Source: Halalkalibacillus halophilus DSM 18494 (GTDB taxonomy: Bacteria > Bacillota > Bacilli > Bacillales > Alkalibacillaceae). From it: 24,000 nt of DNA. The notes below the pieces were generated by a model. The model did not search any database. It worked only from the letters and a program-made list of their open reading frames with translations, and was not told where the DNA came from. Numbering within the stretch: the stretch's first letter is position 1; every line of letters starts with the position of its first letter. The DNA is taken from assembly GCF_000423105.1 (NCBI RefSeq), contig NZ_AUHI01000004.1, forward strand, positions 362,810 through 386,809, given 5' to 3'. Positions 8,390 to 17,449 of the stretch are shown piece by piece. A program made the position numbers and the translations under genes.

Positions 8390-9646
8390 ATGGATTATCA
8401 AGGCTATCCTAGACATGATGTGTTTTGTATTGATATGCGGTCATTTTATGCAAGTGTAGAATGCATGAAAAGAGGCGTTGATCCACAAACGTCATTGCTC
8501 GCTGTCGTGGGTGATCCGAACCGGAATGGCAGCATTGTGTTAGCCGCTTCTCCTGCACTAAAAAAACAACACGGCGTTAGTAATGTAAGTCGTTATTTTG
8601 AATTACCAAATGATCCTAATTTAATTATCGCGAAAGCTCATATGGGTGATTATGTGATGGTTTCTTTGGAAATCACTAAATTGATGCTTCGATTTGTCCC
8701 AAAAGAAGCCATTCACGTCTATTCTGTCGATGAAATCTGGATTACAGTGGATGGACTTCGTAAACTATATGGTACTCCTTATGAAATTGCCCAAAAGGTA
8801 CAGGAGAGTATTCGGGAATTGTTTGGTATAGAATCGGTGATTGGAATTGGTGAAAATAAATTTTTAGCAAAAGTGGTTATGGATCTACATGCGAAAAAAG
8901 CAGAGGATGGAATTAGCGAATGTCGGTATGAAGATGTGGAACGTTTACTTTGGCCAGTTGCCCTAGAAGAAGTCTGGGGTATTGGATCACGAATGATGCG
9001 CAATTTAAATCGAATGGGCATGAGCAACTTAGGCGACCTCGCTAATCATTCCTTACCCCACTTAAAAAAGCGCTTCGGTATTATGGGAGAACAATTGTAC
9101 TGGCATGCGTGGGGAATTGATTTAAGTCCAGTTACCGGAAATTTTACGAAAACGGAGCAAAAAGGTTATGGCCATGGAATTACACTTTTAAGGGATTACT
9201 CAAAAGAAGAGATTTATGCATGCTTACTCGATCTATGTGAGGAAGCGTGCCGAAGGGCGAGAAAGGACGAGAGGTTGGGACGAACGATTCACTTGGCAAT
9301 TGGCTATTCAAGTGAGTTTGCGAAGGGATTCAGTAGGTCTATTTCCGTTGATGTTCCAACGAATGACACGCTTGAAGTATATGAAGTTTGTCTGCAGCTA
9401 TTTCATCGTTTCTACAGTGAAGGGTATAGTATTCGAAAAGCTTCTATGTCACTCACGAATTTAAGTGAGGAGGCAGGGACACAGTTGAGCTTATGGAATG
9501 ATCGGTCTAAATATCGTGATTTGTACCGAGTCATGGATGAAGTGAAAGATCGATTCGGTTCTACAGCTTTACTGCGAGCGAGTAGTTATACGAGTGGTGG
9601 AATTGCGGTGGAAAGAGGGAAGAAGATTGGAGGCCATTATGCATAG
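8390..9646 (+). CDS. Y-family translesion DNA polymerase (UvrX/YqjW/PolY2-like)
   Basis: The N-terminal catalytic motif reads VFCIDMRSFYASVEC. Other matches are SVDEIWI and GIGENKFLAKV, plus the little-finger region. An AAGGAGGGG RBS precedes it. Confidence 0.9.
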   Translation: MDYQGYPRHDVFCIDMRSFYASVECMKRGVDPQTSLLAVVGDPNRNGSIVLAASPALKKQHGVSNVSRYFELPNDPNLIIAKAHMGDYVMVSLEITKLMLRFVPKEAIHVYSVDEIWITVDGLRKLYGTPYEIAQKVQESIRELFGIESVIGIGENKFLAKVVMDLHAKKAEDGISECRYEDVERLLWPVALEEVWGIGSRMMRNLNRMGMSNLGDLANHSLPHLKKRFGIMGEQLYWHAWGIDLSPVTGNFTKTEQKGYGHGITLLRDYSKEEIYACLLDLCEEACRRARKDERLGRTIHLAIGYSSEFAKGFSRSISVDVPTNDTLEVYEVCLQLFHRFYSEGYSIRKASMSLTNLSEEAGTQLSLWNDRSKYRDLYRVMDEVKDRFGSTALLRASSYTSGGIAVERGKKIGGHYA

Positions 9647-9655
9647 GAACAGAAA

Positions 9656-9687
9656 AAAGGTATTTTCCAAACAGGGAAAATACCTTT
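9656..9687. terminator. Bidirectional terminator between convergent polymerase gene and lexA
   Basis: A 13-bp perfect stem pairs AAAGGTATTTTCC with GGAAAATACCTTT. It is flanked by an A-run upstream and T-rich sequence downstream. Confidence 0.8.
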
Positions 9688-9698
9688 TCATATTTTAA

Positions 9699-10319
9699 TT
9701 AATGAATGTCGCGGTATAAACCGACAACTTTACCTAATACCGTAACGTGATCTAAAATAATCGCTTCCATCGAAGGATTTTCAGGTTCTAAACGGTAGTG
9801 GTCTTCATCTTTAAAGAAGCGTTTGACAGTAGCTTCATCTTCTTCTGTCATTGCAACAACGATATCGCCATTGGAAGCTGTAGATTGCCTGCGAACAATG
9901 ACAAGGTCTTGATCAAGGATTCCAGCGTCGATCATACTCTGACCTTGTACAGATAAGACAAATACATCTTCTTCGGAAGTAGAAAACGTTTGAGGAAGAG
10001 GAATATATTCTTCAATGTTTTCTATCGCTGTTATTGGTTCACCAGCAGTAACTTTACCTATTAAAGGTGCGTACATAGCATTACGTTCACGAACGGTTTG
10101 GCTATCTGCAAAGGTAATTTCAATCGCTCTTGGTTTGGTTGGATCGCGACGAATAAATCCTTTTTCTTCTAAGCGAGATAAGTGTCCGTGTACAGTGGAG
10201 CTAGAAGCAAGCCCAACAGCAACAGCAATTTCACGCACAGATGGTGGATATCCTTTTTCTTTAACCTCTTGTTCAATAAAATCATAAATTTCTTTTTGTC
10301 TCTTTGATAATTTCTTCAT
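9699..10319 (-). CDS. lexA: SOS repressor LexA
   Basis: [68 protein letters not shown] is near-identical in layout to B. subtilis LexA. The cleavage-site and S24 peptidase regions are present (GQSM, VKRF). The start at 10319 follows a GGGGTGA RBS. The track's extension to 10361 adds 14 non-homologous residues. Confidence 0.95.
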   Translation of the reverse strand: MKKLSKRQKEIYDFIEQEVKEKGYPPSVREIAVAVGLASSSTVHGHLSRLEEKGFIRRDPTKPRAIEITFADSQTVRERNAMYAPLIGKVTAGEPITAIENIEEYIPLPQTFSTSEEDVFVLSVQGQSMIDAGILDQDLVIVRRQSTASNGDIVVAMTEEDEATVKRFFKDEDHYRLEPENPSMEAIILDHVTVLGKVVGLYRDIH

Positions 10320-10398
10320 TTTCTCACCCCGAGATTTTTGTGAATGTCCTATACCTGACATGAACTACCTATAGTATAGCAAGTTTTATCCAAGAACA

Positions 10399-10412
10399 CA
10401 AACGTTCGTTCG
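10399..10412 (-). promoter_or_regulatory. LexA box in the lexA/ynzC divergent intergenic region
   Basis: The minus strand reads CGAACGAACGTTTG, a 13 of 14 match to CGAAC-N4-GTTCG. It lies about 80 nt upstream of the lexA start and overlaps a plausible -35 for a TATACT -10. Confidence 0.65.
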
Positions 10413-10507
10413 TATTTTATTCAGATTTCTTGTTTTCATATACTGTAGACGATAAAATGATAAAAGTGGATTGAAAAATATAATGAAAATTATTTAAGTA
10501 AAGGAGT

Positions 10508-10747
10508 ATGAAAATGTTATCAGAAGAAGAAATTAAACGTATAAATGAGCTTGCTAACAAGAAAAAAACAGAGGGCTTAACAGATAAAGAACAAAAAGAA
10601 CAAAAGAAACTACGGGAAGAATACTTGCAATCGTTTCGAAGTTCATTCAAAAATCAGTTACAGTCGATGAAAGTTGTCGACCCAGAAGGAACAGATGTTA
10701 CTCCAGAAAAGCTTAAAAAAGAACAAGAAAATAATAAAAAACACTAA
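10508..10747 (+). CDS. ynzC: YnzC-family small protein (UPF0291/DUF896)
   Basis: The 79-aa Lys/Glu-rich protein contains RINELANKKKTEGLTDKEQKEQKKLREEYL, matching the YnzC family. It lies between lexA and tkt as in B. subtilis. An AAAGGAG RBS precedes it. Confidence 0.8.
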   Translation: MKMLSEEEIKRINELANKKKTEGLTDKEQKEQKKLREEYLQSFRSSFKNQLQSMKVVDPEGTDVTPEKLKKEQENNKKH

Positions 10748-10834
10748 TTTTTGCCGTTTTCTCGGCATATTTTTGTTATAATTTAAAAATGTGAACGCAA
10801 TAAATCGTGATTAACGAAGGGAGTAATAAAATTA

Positions 10835-12844
10835 ATGAGTAAAGAAACAGAAAAGCTATCAATTAATACGATACGAACATTAACAATTGACGCAGTAGAA
10901 AAAGCGAGTTCAGGTCACCCAGGTATGCCGATGGGGGCTGCTCCAATGGCTTACACATTATGGACCAAATTGATGGATCATAACCCGCAGAATTCAAATT
11001 GGTTTGACAGAGACCGCTTTGTTTTATCAGCTGGACATGGTTCCATGCTACTTTATTCATTATTACATTTATCGGGATACAAAGTATCAATCGATGATTT
11101 AAAGAATTTCCGCCAATGGGGTTCTAATACTCCAGGTCATCCGGAGTTTGGCCATACTGACGGTGTGGAGGCAACAACGGGTCCACTTGGCCAAGGGTTA
11201 TCAATGGCTACTGGAATGGCAATGGCAGAGAGCTTCTTAGCAGGGAAATTTAATCGACCTAATTATGATGTTATCGATCATTACACATATGCTATATGTG
11301 GTGATGGGGACTTAATGGAAGGTGTTTCTCAAGAATCCGCTTCTCTAGCAGGCCATTTAAAACTTGGGAAATTAATCGTCATGTATGATTCGAATGATAT
11401 TTCGTTAGATGGTGATTTAGATCGATCCTTCTCTGAAAGTGTAGAAGATCGTTATAAGGCTTACGGCTGGCAAGTAATTCGTGTAGAAGACGGAAATGAT
11501 ACAGTGGCAATTGAAAAAGCATTAGAAGATGCACGAGCGAATAAAGAACAACCGACAATGATCGAAGTGAAAACTGTTATTGGTTACGGAGCGCCGAACA
11601 AATCTGGTAAGGCAGATGCACACGGAGCACCGTTAGGCCATGAAGAGTTAAAAGCAGCGAAAGAACATTATGGATGGAACTATGAAGATGATTTCCATGT
11701 TCCAGATGAAGTGTATAAAGACTTTAAAGAAAATGTACAAAAGCGCGGAAAGCAATCCGAAGATGAGTGGAATCAATTGTTTAATCAATTTAAACAAGAA
11801 TTCCCTGAATTAGCAGAAGAGTTAGAACAAGCAATTAAAGGGGATTTACCACAAGGGTGGAATGCAGACTTACCTACGTATGATGAGCATTCTAAAGCAC
11901 TTGCAACACGTGCTGCATCAGGCGAAGTGATGAATGCAATCTCAGAAAAAGTTCCACAATTCTTTGGTGGAAGCTCAGATTTAGCTGGTTCGAATAAGAC
12001 AACGATTAAAAATGAGGAAGACTTTAAAGCGCCAGATTACAGTGGCAGAAATGTTTGGTTTGGTGTTCGTGAATTTGCAATGGCATGTGCATTAAACGGA
12101 ATGGCGCTTCATGGAGGTCTTAAAGTTTACGGAGGAACGTTCTTCGTATTCAGTGACTATCTACGTCCCGCATTACGTTTATCAGCTTTAATGGGAGTTC
12201 CTGTAACGTATGTATTTACTCACGATTCCGTCGCAGTTGGGGAAGATGGGCCAACACATGAGCCGATTGAACAATTACCTGCCTTACGTGCAATGCCAGG
12301 ATTATCTGTTGTGCGTCCTGGTGATGCAAATGAAACGAAGGCTGCATGGGAGTTGGCTCTAGAAGCTACGAATCATCCAACTGCACTCGTTCTTACGCGC
12401 CAAGGATTACCGGTATTAGCTGGAACGAATGAAAAAGCAAGAGAAGGTGTGGAACGCGGGGCTTATGTTTTACGTGAAGCAGAGAAATCAGAAGCAGACG
12501 TTTTATTACTTGCTTCAGGTTCTGAAGTACAGTTAATTACAAAAGCGGCAGAAGAACTTGAGAAAGAAAATATCTCAGCTAGAGTAATTAGCATGCCTTC
12601 ATGGGATCGTTTCAAATTACAATCTGATGCATACAAAGAAGAAGTGTTACCACAAAATGTAACGAAGCGACTAGCAGTAGAGATGGCTTCTCCATTTGGT
12701 TGGGAACGTTATGTAGGCATTGATGGTGATGTATTAGGAATTGATACATTTGGAGCGTCTGCACCAGGAGATAAAGTAATTGAAGAGTATGGCTTTACTG
12801 TAGAAAACGTGGTTAGCAGAGTAAAAGTGTTATTAAATAAATAA
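10835..12844 (+). CDS. tkt: Transketolase
   Basis: The 669-aa protein has a ThDP-binding N-terminus ([25 protein letters not shown]) and the transketolase motifs [17 protein letters not shown]. An extended -10 TGTTATAAT at 10774-10782 lies upstream. Confidence 0.96.
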   Translation: MSKETEKLSINTIRTLTIDAVEKASSGHPGMPMGAAPMAYTLWTKLMDHNPQNSNWFDRDRFVLSAGHGSMLLYSLLHLSGYKVSIDDLKNFRQWGSNTPGHPEFGHTDGVEATTGPLGQGLSMATGMAMAESFLAGKFNRPNYDVIDHYTYAICGDGDLMEGVSQESASLAGHLKLGKLIVMYDSNDISLDGDLDRSFSESVEDRYKAYGWQVIRVEDGNDTVAIEKALEDARANKEQPTMIEVKTVIGYGAPNKSGKADAHGAPLGHEELKAAKEHYGWNYEDDFHVPDEVYKDFKENVQKRGKQSEDEWNQLFNQFKQEFPELAEELEQAIKGDLPQGWNADLPTYDEHSKALATRAASGEVMNAISEKVPQFFGGSSDLAGSNKTTIKNEEDFKAPDYSGRNVWFGVREFAMACALNGMALHGGLKVYGGTFFVFSDYLRPALRLSALMGVPVTYVFTHDSVAVGEDGPTHEPIEQLPALRAMPGLSVVRPGDANETKAAWELALEATNHPTALVLTRQGLPVLAGTNEKAREGVERGAYVLREAEKSEADVLLLASGSEVQLITKAAEELEKENISARVISMPSWDRFKLQSDAYKEEVLPQNVTKRLAVEMASPFGWERYVGIDGDVLGIDTFGASAPGDKVIEEYGFTVENVVSRVKVLLNK

Positions 12845-12934
12845 TTTTCTACAAACTTTTTAAATAAATAACAAATAATGCGACAAACTTTTCTAAGGAA
12901 TGTTGGTAAGCTTGGCCTAAAGGGAGGTCAAGCC

Positions 12935-13372
12935 ATGTACCAATATTCCTTATTTTTCTTTAAACCAAATTATGGAGAACATTTTTATTTTAAAGTAAGT
13001 TTATTATACAAACTACTCAAAAAGTACAAAATGCAAAGTCTTCAGGATGGCATAACAACGAAACAGATAAAATACGCATTAGAGGAAGTAAAGCTTGAAC
13101 AACTTTTTTCGTATTTAAAAAATAGTACAACCGCAAATGTAAACTGGATCGACGAAGAAACTTTTGAAATGCAATCGGGTAACAAAAGAATTATCGTTAA
13201 AAAAAGTTCGAACGGGTTAGAATTGTATGCTACATCCTTGATTGAATTAGAAACGTTATTACTTAAATACTTAAAGAAATACCACGAGTACATCTTTGTT
13301 TTAAATGAAACATCAGTAGAATTTGGATGGGTTCGTCCTTATAAGAGGAAAAAACTACTTAATCATGGTTAA
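12935..13372 (+). CDS. sirA: SirA (YneE)-like sporulation inhibitor of replication
   Basis: The position between tkt and yneF matches B. subtilis. The C-terminal EFGWVRPYKRKKL resembles the B. subtilis SirA terminus (RYGWLNPVKERNF). The ATG at 12935 follows an AAGGGAGG RBS. The track's extension from 12878 lacks an RBS. Confidence 0.6.
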   Translation: MYQYSLFFFKPNYGEHFYFKVSLLYKLLKKYKMQSLQDGITTKQIKYALEEVKLEQLFSYLKNSTTANVNWIDEETFEMQSGNKRIIVKKSSNGLELYATSLIELETLLLKYLKKYHEYIFVLNETSVEFGWVRPYKRKKLLNHG

Positions 13373-13441
13373 TTACTATTGTTTTTCTAGATTTGTTTTA
13401 CTATACTGTATAGAGACAACGAAATAGGAGGATCTAGAAGC

Positions 13442-13675
13442 ATGGGCACAATATGGGTAGTTTTAATTGCTCTTGCAGCATTGGTTGTAGGTGTATTACT
13501 TGGTTTCCTTATCGCTAGAAAAACGATGATGAATTACCTGAAAAAGAACCCGCCAATTAATGAGCAAATGTTACGTACAATGATGATGCAAATGGGTCAA
13601 AAGCCATCTCAGAAAAAGATTAATCAAATGATGCGCGCAATGACTCAACAAATGGATAGTAAAGATAAAAAATAA
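13442..13675 (+). CDS. yneF: UPF0154 membrane protein YneF
   Basis: The 77-aa protein has a single N-terminal TM helix followed by [29 protein letters not shown], the YneF family signature. Confidence 0.85.
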   Translation: MGTIWVVLIALAALVVGVLLGFLIARKTMMNYLKKNPPINEQMLRTMMMQMGQKPSQKKINQMMRAMTQQMDSKDKK

Positions 13676-13678
13676 AGG

Positions 13679-13711
13679 AACGGAGAGCAGAAAGTGGCTC
13701 TCCGTTTTTAT
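13679..13711 (+). terminator. Intrinsic terminator after yneF
   Basis: A 10-bp perfect stem pairs AACGGAGAGC with GCTCTCCGTT. TTTTAT follows. Confidence 0.85.
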
Positions 13712-13817
13712 AATGTTTTCCTGCAGAATTCATAAAACTGTCAAGCAGTGTTAACATGAATATGGTAATTATCTGATAGGATAGGGGAAAGAACAGTAAA
13801 TTGTAGGAGTTGTTTCG

Positions 13818-14522
13818 ATGAATGAAGTGAATATTTTATTAGCATTTGGAGCAGGGTTCCTTTCATTTATATCTCCTTGTGTGTTACCACTATACCCGGT
13901 ATTTCTTTCGTATGTCACGGGTATGAGCGTAGATGAGTTGAAGAATGATAATGCGATGCTAAGAAAACGTAGCATGCTACATACTCTATTTTTCTTAATC
14001 GGATTCTCATCGATCTTTATCATGCTTGGTTTTTCTACCTATTATATTGGAGAAATGTTATATACCTATCGTGATTTGATTCGTCAAATTGGCGCAATTT
14101 TAATTATTTTCTTTGGGTTTGTTATGATTGGTGTATTTAATTTCGAATTTTTAATGAAAGAGAAGAAAGTAACTTTTAAAAACAGACCAACAGGCTATAT
14201 TGGTACTTTATTCATCGGTGCAGCTTTCTCCATGAGTTGGACACCATGTACGGGACCAATCTTAGCAGCAGTAATTAGTTTAGCAGCCGTTAATCCTGAA
14301 TCTGGAGTAATTATGATGACAGCATACTCTCTAGGTTTTTCAATTCCTTTCTTTGTCATGTCCTTCTTCATCGGGAAAATGGATTGGATTAAAAGAAATT
14401 CACAGCGCATTGTAACGATTGGTGGTTACATTTTAATTGTATTAGGTGTCGCATTATTCTTCGATTGGTTGCGAATTCTAACTGCATATTTGGCTAATTT
14501 CTTTGGTTTTACCGGCCTATAA
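13818..14522 (+). CDS. ccdA: Cytochrome c biogenesis thiol-disulfide transporter CcdA
   Basis: This is a multi-TM protein with conserved Cys-containing motifs (FISPCVLPLYP, WTPCTGPIL) typical of the CcdA/DsbD core. Confidence 0.9.
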   Translation: MNEVNILLAFGAGFLSFISPCVLPLYPVFLSYVTGMSVDELKNDNAMLRKRSMLHTLFFLIGFSSIFIMLGFSTYYIGEMLYTYRDLIRQIGAILIIFFGFVMIGVFNFEFLMKEKKVTFKNRPTGYIGTLFIGAAFSMSWTPCTGPILAAVISLAAVNPESGVIMMTAYSLGFSIPFFVMSFFIGKMDWIKRNSQRIVTIGGYILIVLGVALFFDWLRILTAYLANFFGFTGL

Positions 14523-14591
14523 GCATTGAATCCTCTATCTAATTCGCTTATAATTAATACCACAATTGTTTACAACTAAAAGGAGTATGAC

Positions 14592-15059
14592 ATGAAGAAA
14601 AATACGAATGACTTAATTCTTAAAACGTTGACACAATTAATAGCTTTCTTATTATTAGGCTTTTCTATTTACTTATTTTTCGCTGGTCATAATGCACCAG
14701 GTGGCGGGTTTATAGGTGGTTTAATGACAGCATCTGCTATTATTCTAATGTATATTACGTATGGTATCGAAAAAATCCAACAAATTTTGCCGATTAATTA
14801 CATTACGATGTTCATAGCCGGATTAATGATTGCGACACTATCTGGTGTAGGGGCAATCATGTTTGGAGTGCCCTTTTTATCACAAACTTTTGGGTATTTT
14901 GACATCCCGTTTTTCGGTGAAACAGAATTGGCTACTGCACTCATTTTTGACTTAGGAGTGTATCTAGCTGTAGTTGGGGTAACGATGACAATTATCTTAA
15001 CAATCGCAACGGATGCAACAGAAGATAATGAAATGAATGAGGAAAAGGTTGAGGCGTAA
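14592..15059 (+). CDS. MnhB/MrpB-domain membrane protein (stand-alone)
   Basis: The signature GHNAPGGGFIGGLMTASA plus four predicted TM helices match the MnhB subunit domain of Mrp antiporters. No other mrp genes are adjacent. Its stop TAA (15057-15059) overlaps the ATG (15059-15061) of the next gene. Confidence 0.65.
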   Translation: MKKNTNDLILKTLTQLIAFLLLGFSIYLFFAGHNAPGGGFIGGLMTASAIILMYITYGIEKIQQILPINYITMFIAGLMIATLSGVGAIMFGVPFLSQTFGYFDIPFFGETELATALIFDLGVYLAVVGVTMTIILTIATDATEDNEMNEEKVEA

Positions 15060-15541
15060 TGAATGTTTTAGATCAACCATTGATCGCTGGGACTATAAGC
15101 GTGATTGCAGTTATTATGGCAATTGGTATGATCGTTATAAGGTCCCGTGCGGCTAAACGACCCGCATCTGTAAAGAAAATAATATTACCACCATTTTTTA
15201 TGAGTACAGGTGCACTTATGTTTTTATTTCCTTACTTCCAAATAAGTTGGTTACAAGTAATCGAAGCGATGATTGTTGGTGTTTTATTTTCCATTCTATT
15301 AATTTATACTTCTAATTTTGAAGTGAAGAAGAATGAAATATATTTAAAACCGTCGAAAGCACTAGCATTCATTTTAGTTGGCTTGCTAGTTATACGTGTG
15401 AGCTTTAAGTCCGTCTTGGGACAAGAAATATCGGTAGGGGAAACAAGCGCTATGTTCTTCTTATTAGCATTTGCGATGTTAGTGACTTGGAGAATAGCCA
15501 TGTTGATTAAATTTATGAAACTAAAAAATCAAATAGCATAA
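15059..15541 (+). CDS. ccdC: CcdC (YneJ)-like cytochrome c biogenesis membrane protein (DUF1453)
   Basis: KKIILPPFFMSTGALMFLFP and the overall TM layout resemble B. subtilis YneJ/CcdC. The gene is in the ccdA neighbourhood. Confidence 0.75.
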   Translation: MNVLDQPLIAGTISVIAVIMAIGMIVIRSRAAKRPASVKKIILPPFFMSTGALMFLFPYFQISWLQVIEAMIVGVLFSILLIYTSNFEVKKNEIYLKPSKALAFILVGLLVIRVSFKSVLGQEISVGETSAMFFLLAFAMLVTWRIAMLIKFMKLKNQIA

Positions 15542-15583
15542 AAAAAGCGGGTAAAAGTGTAAATCACTTCTACCCGCTTTGTG
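15541..15583. terminator. Bidirectional terminator shared by convergent ccdC and yneK-like genes
   Basis: A 16-bp stem pairs 15544-15559 with 15565-15580, with one A-C mismatch and a 5-nt loop. An A6 run lies on one side and TTT on the other. The 3' arm overlaps the last codons of the minus-strand gene. Confidence 0.75.
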
Positions 15584-16007
15584 GTTCTAATAGATGTTGA
15601 TATGGTGTAAAGTCAATGTTCTTCTCATTTAAACGTTTTATCAAAAATTTATGATCCCGCTTAGGTGTTGCAAGAATATATCCTTCAATGAGTAGTTCCA
15701 AGGTAATAGACTTTGCTTTTCTTTCTAATGCTAGTCGCCCAATTCTTGCTCCGATCTTTTGTTTGGCAACATCCCGAAAAATTTCTGGGACAGGCTCTAC
15801 CAATTCATTAAGTAACTGCTTTTTCTCGTCACTCCATAAATGAATAGTTTCTTCAATATAAAACTCTTCCCAGTCGATAATTGATTTTCCATCTTCTTTT
15901 GGTAGCTTTTTAAGAAACTTTCGAAACATAAAGTAGCCACCAATGGTAAGCAATCCTAACATAATAAATGACCAAATAACTAATAATATCGCAACGATTC
16001 CAGACAT
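15570..16007 (-). CDS. YneK-like protein (DUF2621), N-terminal TM helix
   Basis: The 145-aa protein is in the syntenic position after ccdC. The family assignment is by recollection of YneK length and layout only. Confidence 0.55.
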   Translation of the reverse strand: MSGIVAILLVIWSFIMLGLLTIGGYFMFRKFLKKLPKEDGKSIIDWEEFYIEETIHLWSDEKKQLLNELVEPVPEIFRDVAKQKIGARIGRLALERKAKSITLELLIEGYILATPKRDHKFLIKRLNEKNIDFTPYQHLLEPQSG

Positions 16008-16049
16008 CTTTTGTCATCCTCTATAATAAAAATCTCTTAAACATATAAA

Positions 16050-16146
16050 TGGCGGGACTGTGTGGGAATCGAACCCACCAGAGACAACACGTGCCTCTCG
16101 AGCGGTTTTGAAGACCGTGACACGCACCAGCTTTGCAACCAGCCCC
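16050..16146 (-). tRNA. selC: tRNA-Sec (selenocysteine tRNA, anticodon UCA), 97 nt with encoded CCA
   Basis: The minus strand reads GGGGCTGG...GGTCTTCAAAACC...GTGGGTTCGATTCCCAC-A-CAGTCCC-G-CCA. The 7-nt anticodon loop CTTCAAA is identical to E. coli selC, with UCA in the anticodon position. The T arm is GTGGG/TTCGATT/CCCAC. A long variable arm pairs (A)GAGGCA with TGTCTC(T) around the loop CGTGT. The acceptor has 7 bp plus a G-A juxtaposition at the 8th position. The gene is adjacent to selB, selD and selA. I could not fold the D and anticodon stems cleanly by hand. Confidence 0.85.
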
Positions 16147-16164
16147 AAAATAATTTTCTAGTTT

Positions 16165-16193
16165 ATTATACAAGCTGAGAACGTCTGTAGCAA
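16165..16193 (-). promoter_or_regulatory. Sigma-A promoter for selC
   Basis: On the minus strand the -35 is TTGCTA (16193-16188), the spacer is 17 nt, and the -10 is a perfect TATAAT (16170-16165). This places the -10 about 18 nt upstream of the mature tRNA 5' end. Confidence 0.7.
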
Positions 16194-16348
16194 CAAAGTT
16201 AACCACAATAATGTTCTTTATAAAGAATTATATCTGAAATTCCTTGGACATTTCGTATGAAATTGGATAAAATGGTTTTGAACTGTTATATTCTGTTAGG
16301 TTTATCATAAGATGATGATATATACGTTTTTGAGAGGAGTAATATCGA

Positions 16349-17434
16349 ATGGATAAATCGCTAACATTTATTGAGCCAAGGAGCGCAACAGATGAGCAGT
16401 CTTTCACTAGAATTAATGATGCTGCTAGTAAATGGATTGACAACTATTCGATGAACGTTCATGTCGTTTTCGATGACGATTTTAATATACATAGTGTCAG
16501 TGCATCTGTTAAAAGTTTATTTGGGTATACCCAAGAAGAGGTACTGAGTGCTTCGTTACTTTATTTTATTCATCCTAAACAGCATGAAGAATTAAAAGCA
16601 TTTGTACAGGGACTAGAGGAAAACAGTCGTCAGCGCATCGAGCTTCTTGTTAAAAATGCTAATAGTGAGTATATTCATTCTCAAAGCTATGCAGGAAAAA
16701 TTGTAGACCCTGAAACAGGAAAACCTTATTATGTAGCTGTAGCTCAAGATATATCAGATCAAAAGCAAGCTGCAGAAATGCTAGTCAGATCTGAGAAACT
16801 ATCAACAGCAGGGCAATTGTCTGCCTGTGTTGCACATGAAATAAGAAATCCGATCACTTCTTTAAAGGGTTTCCTTCAATTAATGGATACCAATATGAAG
16901 GGGAAAGAGGCATACCTAAAAATTATGAAAGATGAGATAGAAAAAATTGAAGCAATCTCATCTGAATTATTATATATTGCCAAACCTTCTACGAATACAT
17001 TCCAAGAAGATGATTTAATTATAATGCTTAAAGAAGTATGTACATTAATGCGCTCACAAGCACGAATAAATGATATCAAAATAAAGCAAGATTTTAATAT
17101 GAATCAATTCACACTACATTGTGATCGCTCGCATTTGAAACAGGTTTTTATTAATCTAATTAAAAATGCAATTGAAGCTATGGAAGACCCAGGCACAATA
17201 GAAGTAAATGTCTATTACAGTGACTATTTAACAATTGATGTAATAGATCAAGGTTGCGGGGTTCCTGATGAATTGAAAGCAAAATTAGGGCAACCTTTTC
17301 TAACCACTAAATCAAAAGGGACTGGGCTTGGATTAATGATTTCTAAAGATATTTTAAAGAAACATGATGCCACGATTCAAATAATCGACCATGAGCCAAC
17401 AGGAAGTATCTTTCGTGTTCAATTCTTAAAATAA
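16349..17434 (+). CDS. PAS-domain sensor histidine kinase, cytoplasmic, orphan (sporulation Kin-like HisKA/HATPase_c)
   Basis: A PAS-like N-terminal half (SVSASVKSLFGYTQEEVL...YVAVAQDIS) is followed by an H-box (CVAHEIRNPITSLKGFLQLM) and N/G boxes (INLIKNAIEAM, DQGCGVP, GTGLGLMIS). No TM segment is apparent and no response regulator lies nearby. A GAGGAG RBS sits 9 nt upstream of the ATG. Confidence 0.85.
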   Translation: MDKSLTFIEPRSATDEQSFTRINDAASKWIDNYSMNVHVVFDDDFNIHSVSASVKSLFGYTQEEVLSASLLYFIHPKQHEELKAFVQGLEENSRQRIELLVKNANSEYIHSQSYAGKIVDPETGKPYYVAVAQDISDQKQAAEMLVRSEKLSTAGQLSACVAHEIRNPITSLKGFLQLMDTNMKGKEAYLKIMKDEIEKIEAISSELLYIAKPSTNTFQEDDLIIMLKEVCTLMRSQARINDIKIKQDFNMNQFTLHCDRSHLKQVFINLIKNAIEAMEDPGTIEVNVYYSDYLTIDVIDQGCGVPDELKAKLGQPFLTTKSKGTGLGLMISKDILKKHDATIQIIDHEPTGSIFRVQFLK

Positions 17435-17449
17435 TAGGCTGGTGTTAAA

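Noticed and set aside
10417-10650. 77-aa minus-strand ORF opposite ynzC
   Set aside because: It is antisense to the Lys/Glu-rich ynzC, giving Phe/Leu/Ser-rich mirror-image composition. It also runs through the lexA/ynzC regulatory region.
16021-16206. 61-aa minus-strand ORF from the track (MVNFVATDV...)
   Set aside because: It lies entirely across the tRNA-Sec gene and its promoter. It has no RBS and the sequence is explained by the tRNA.
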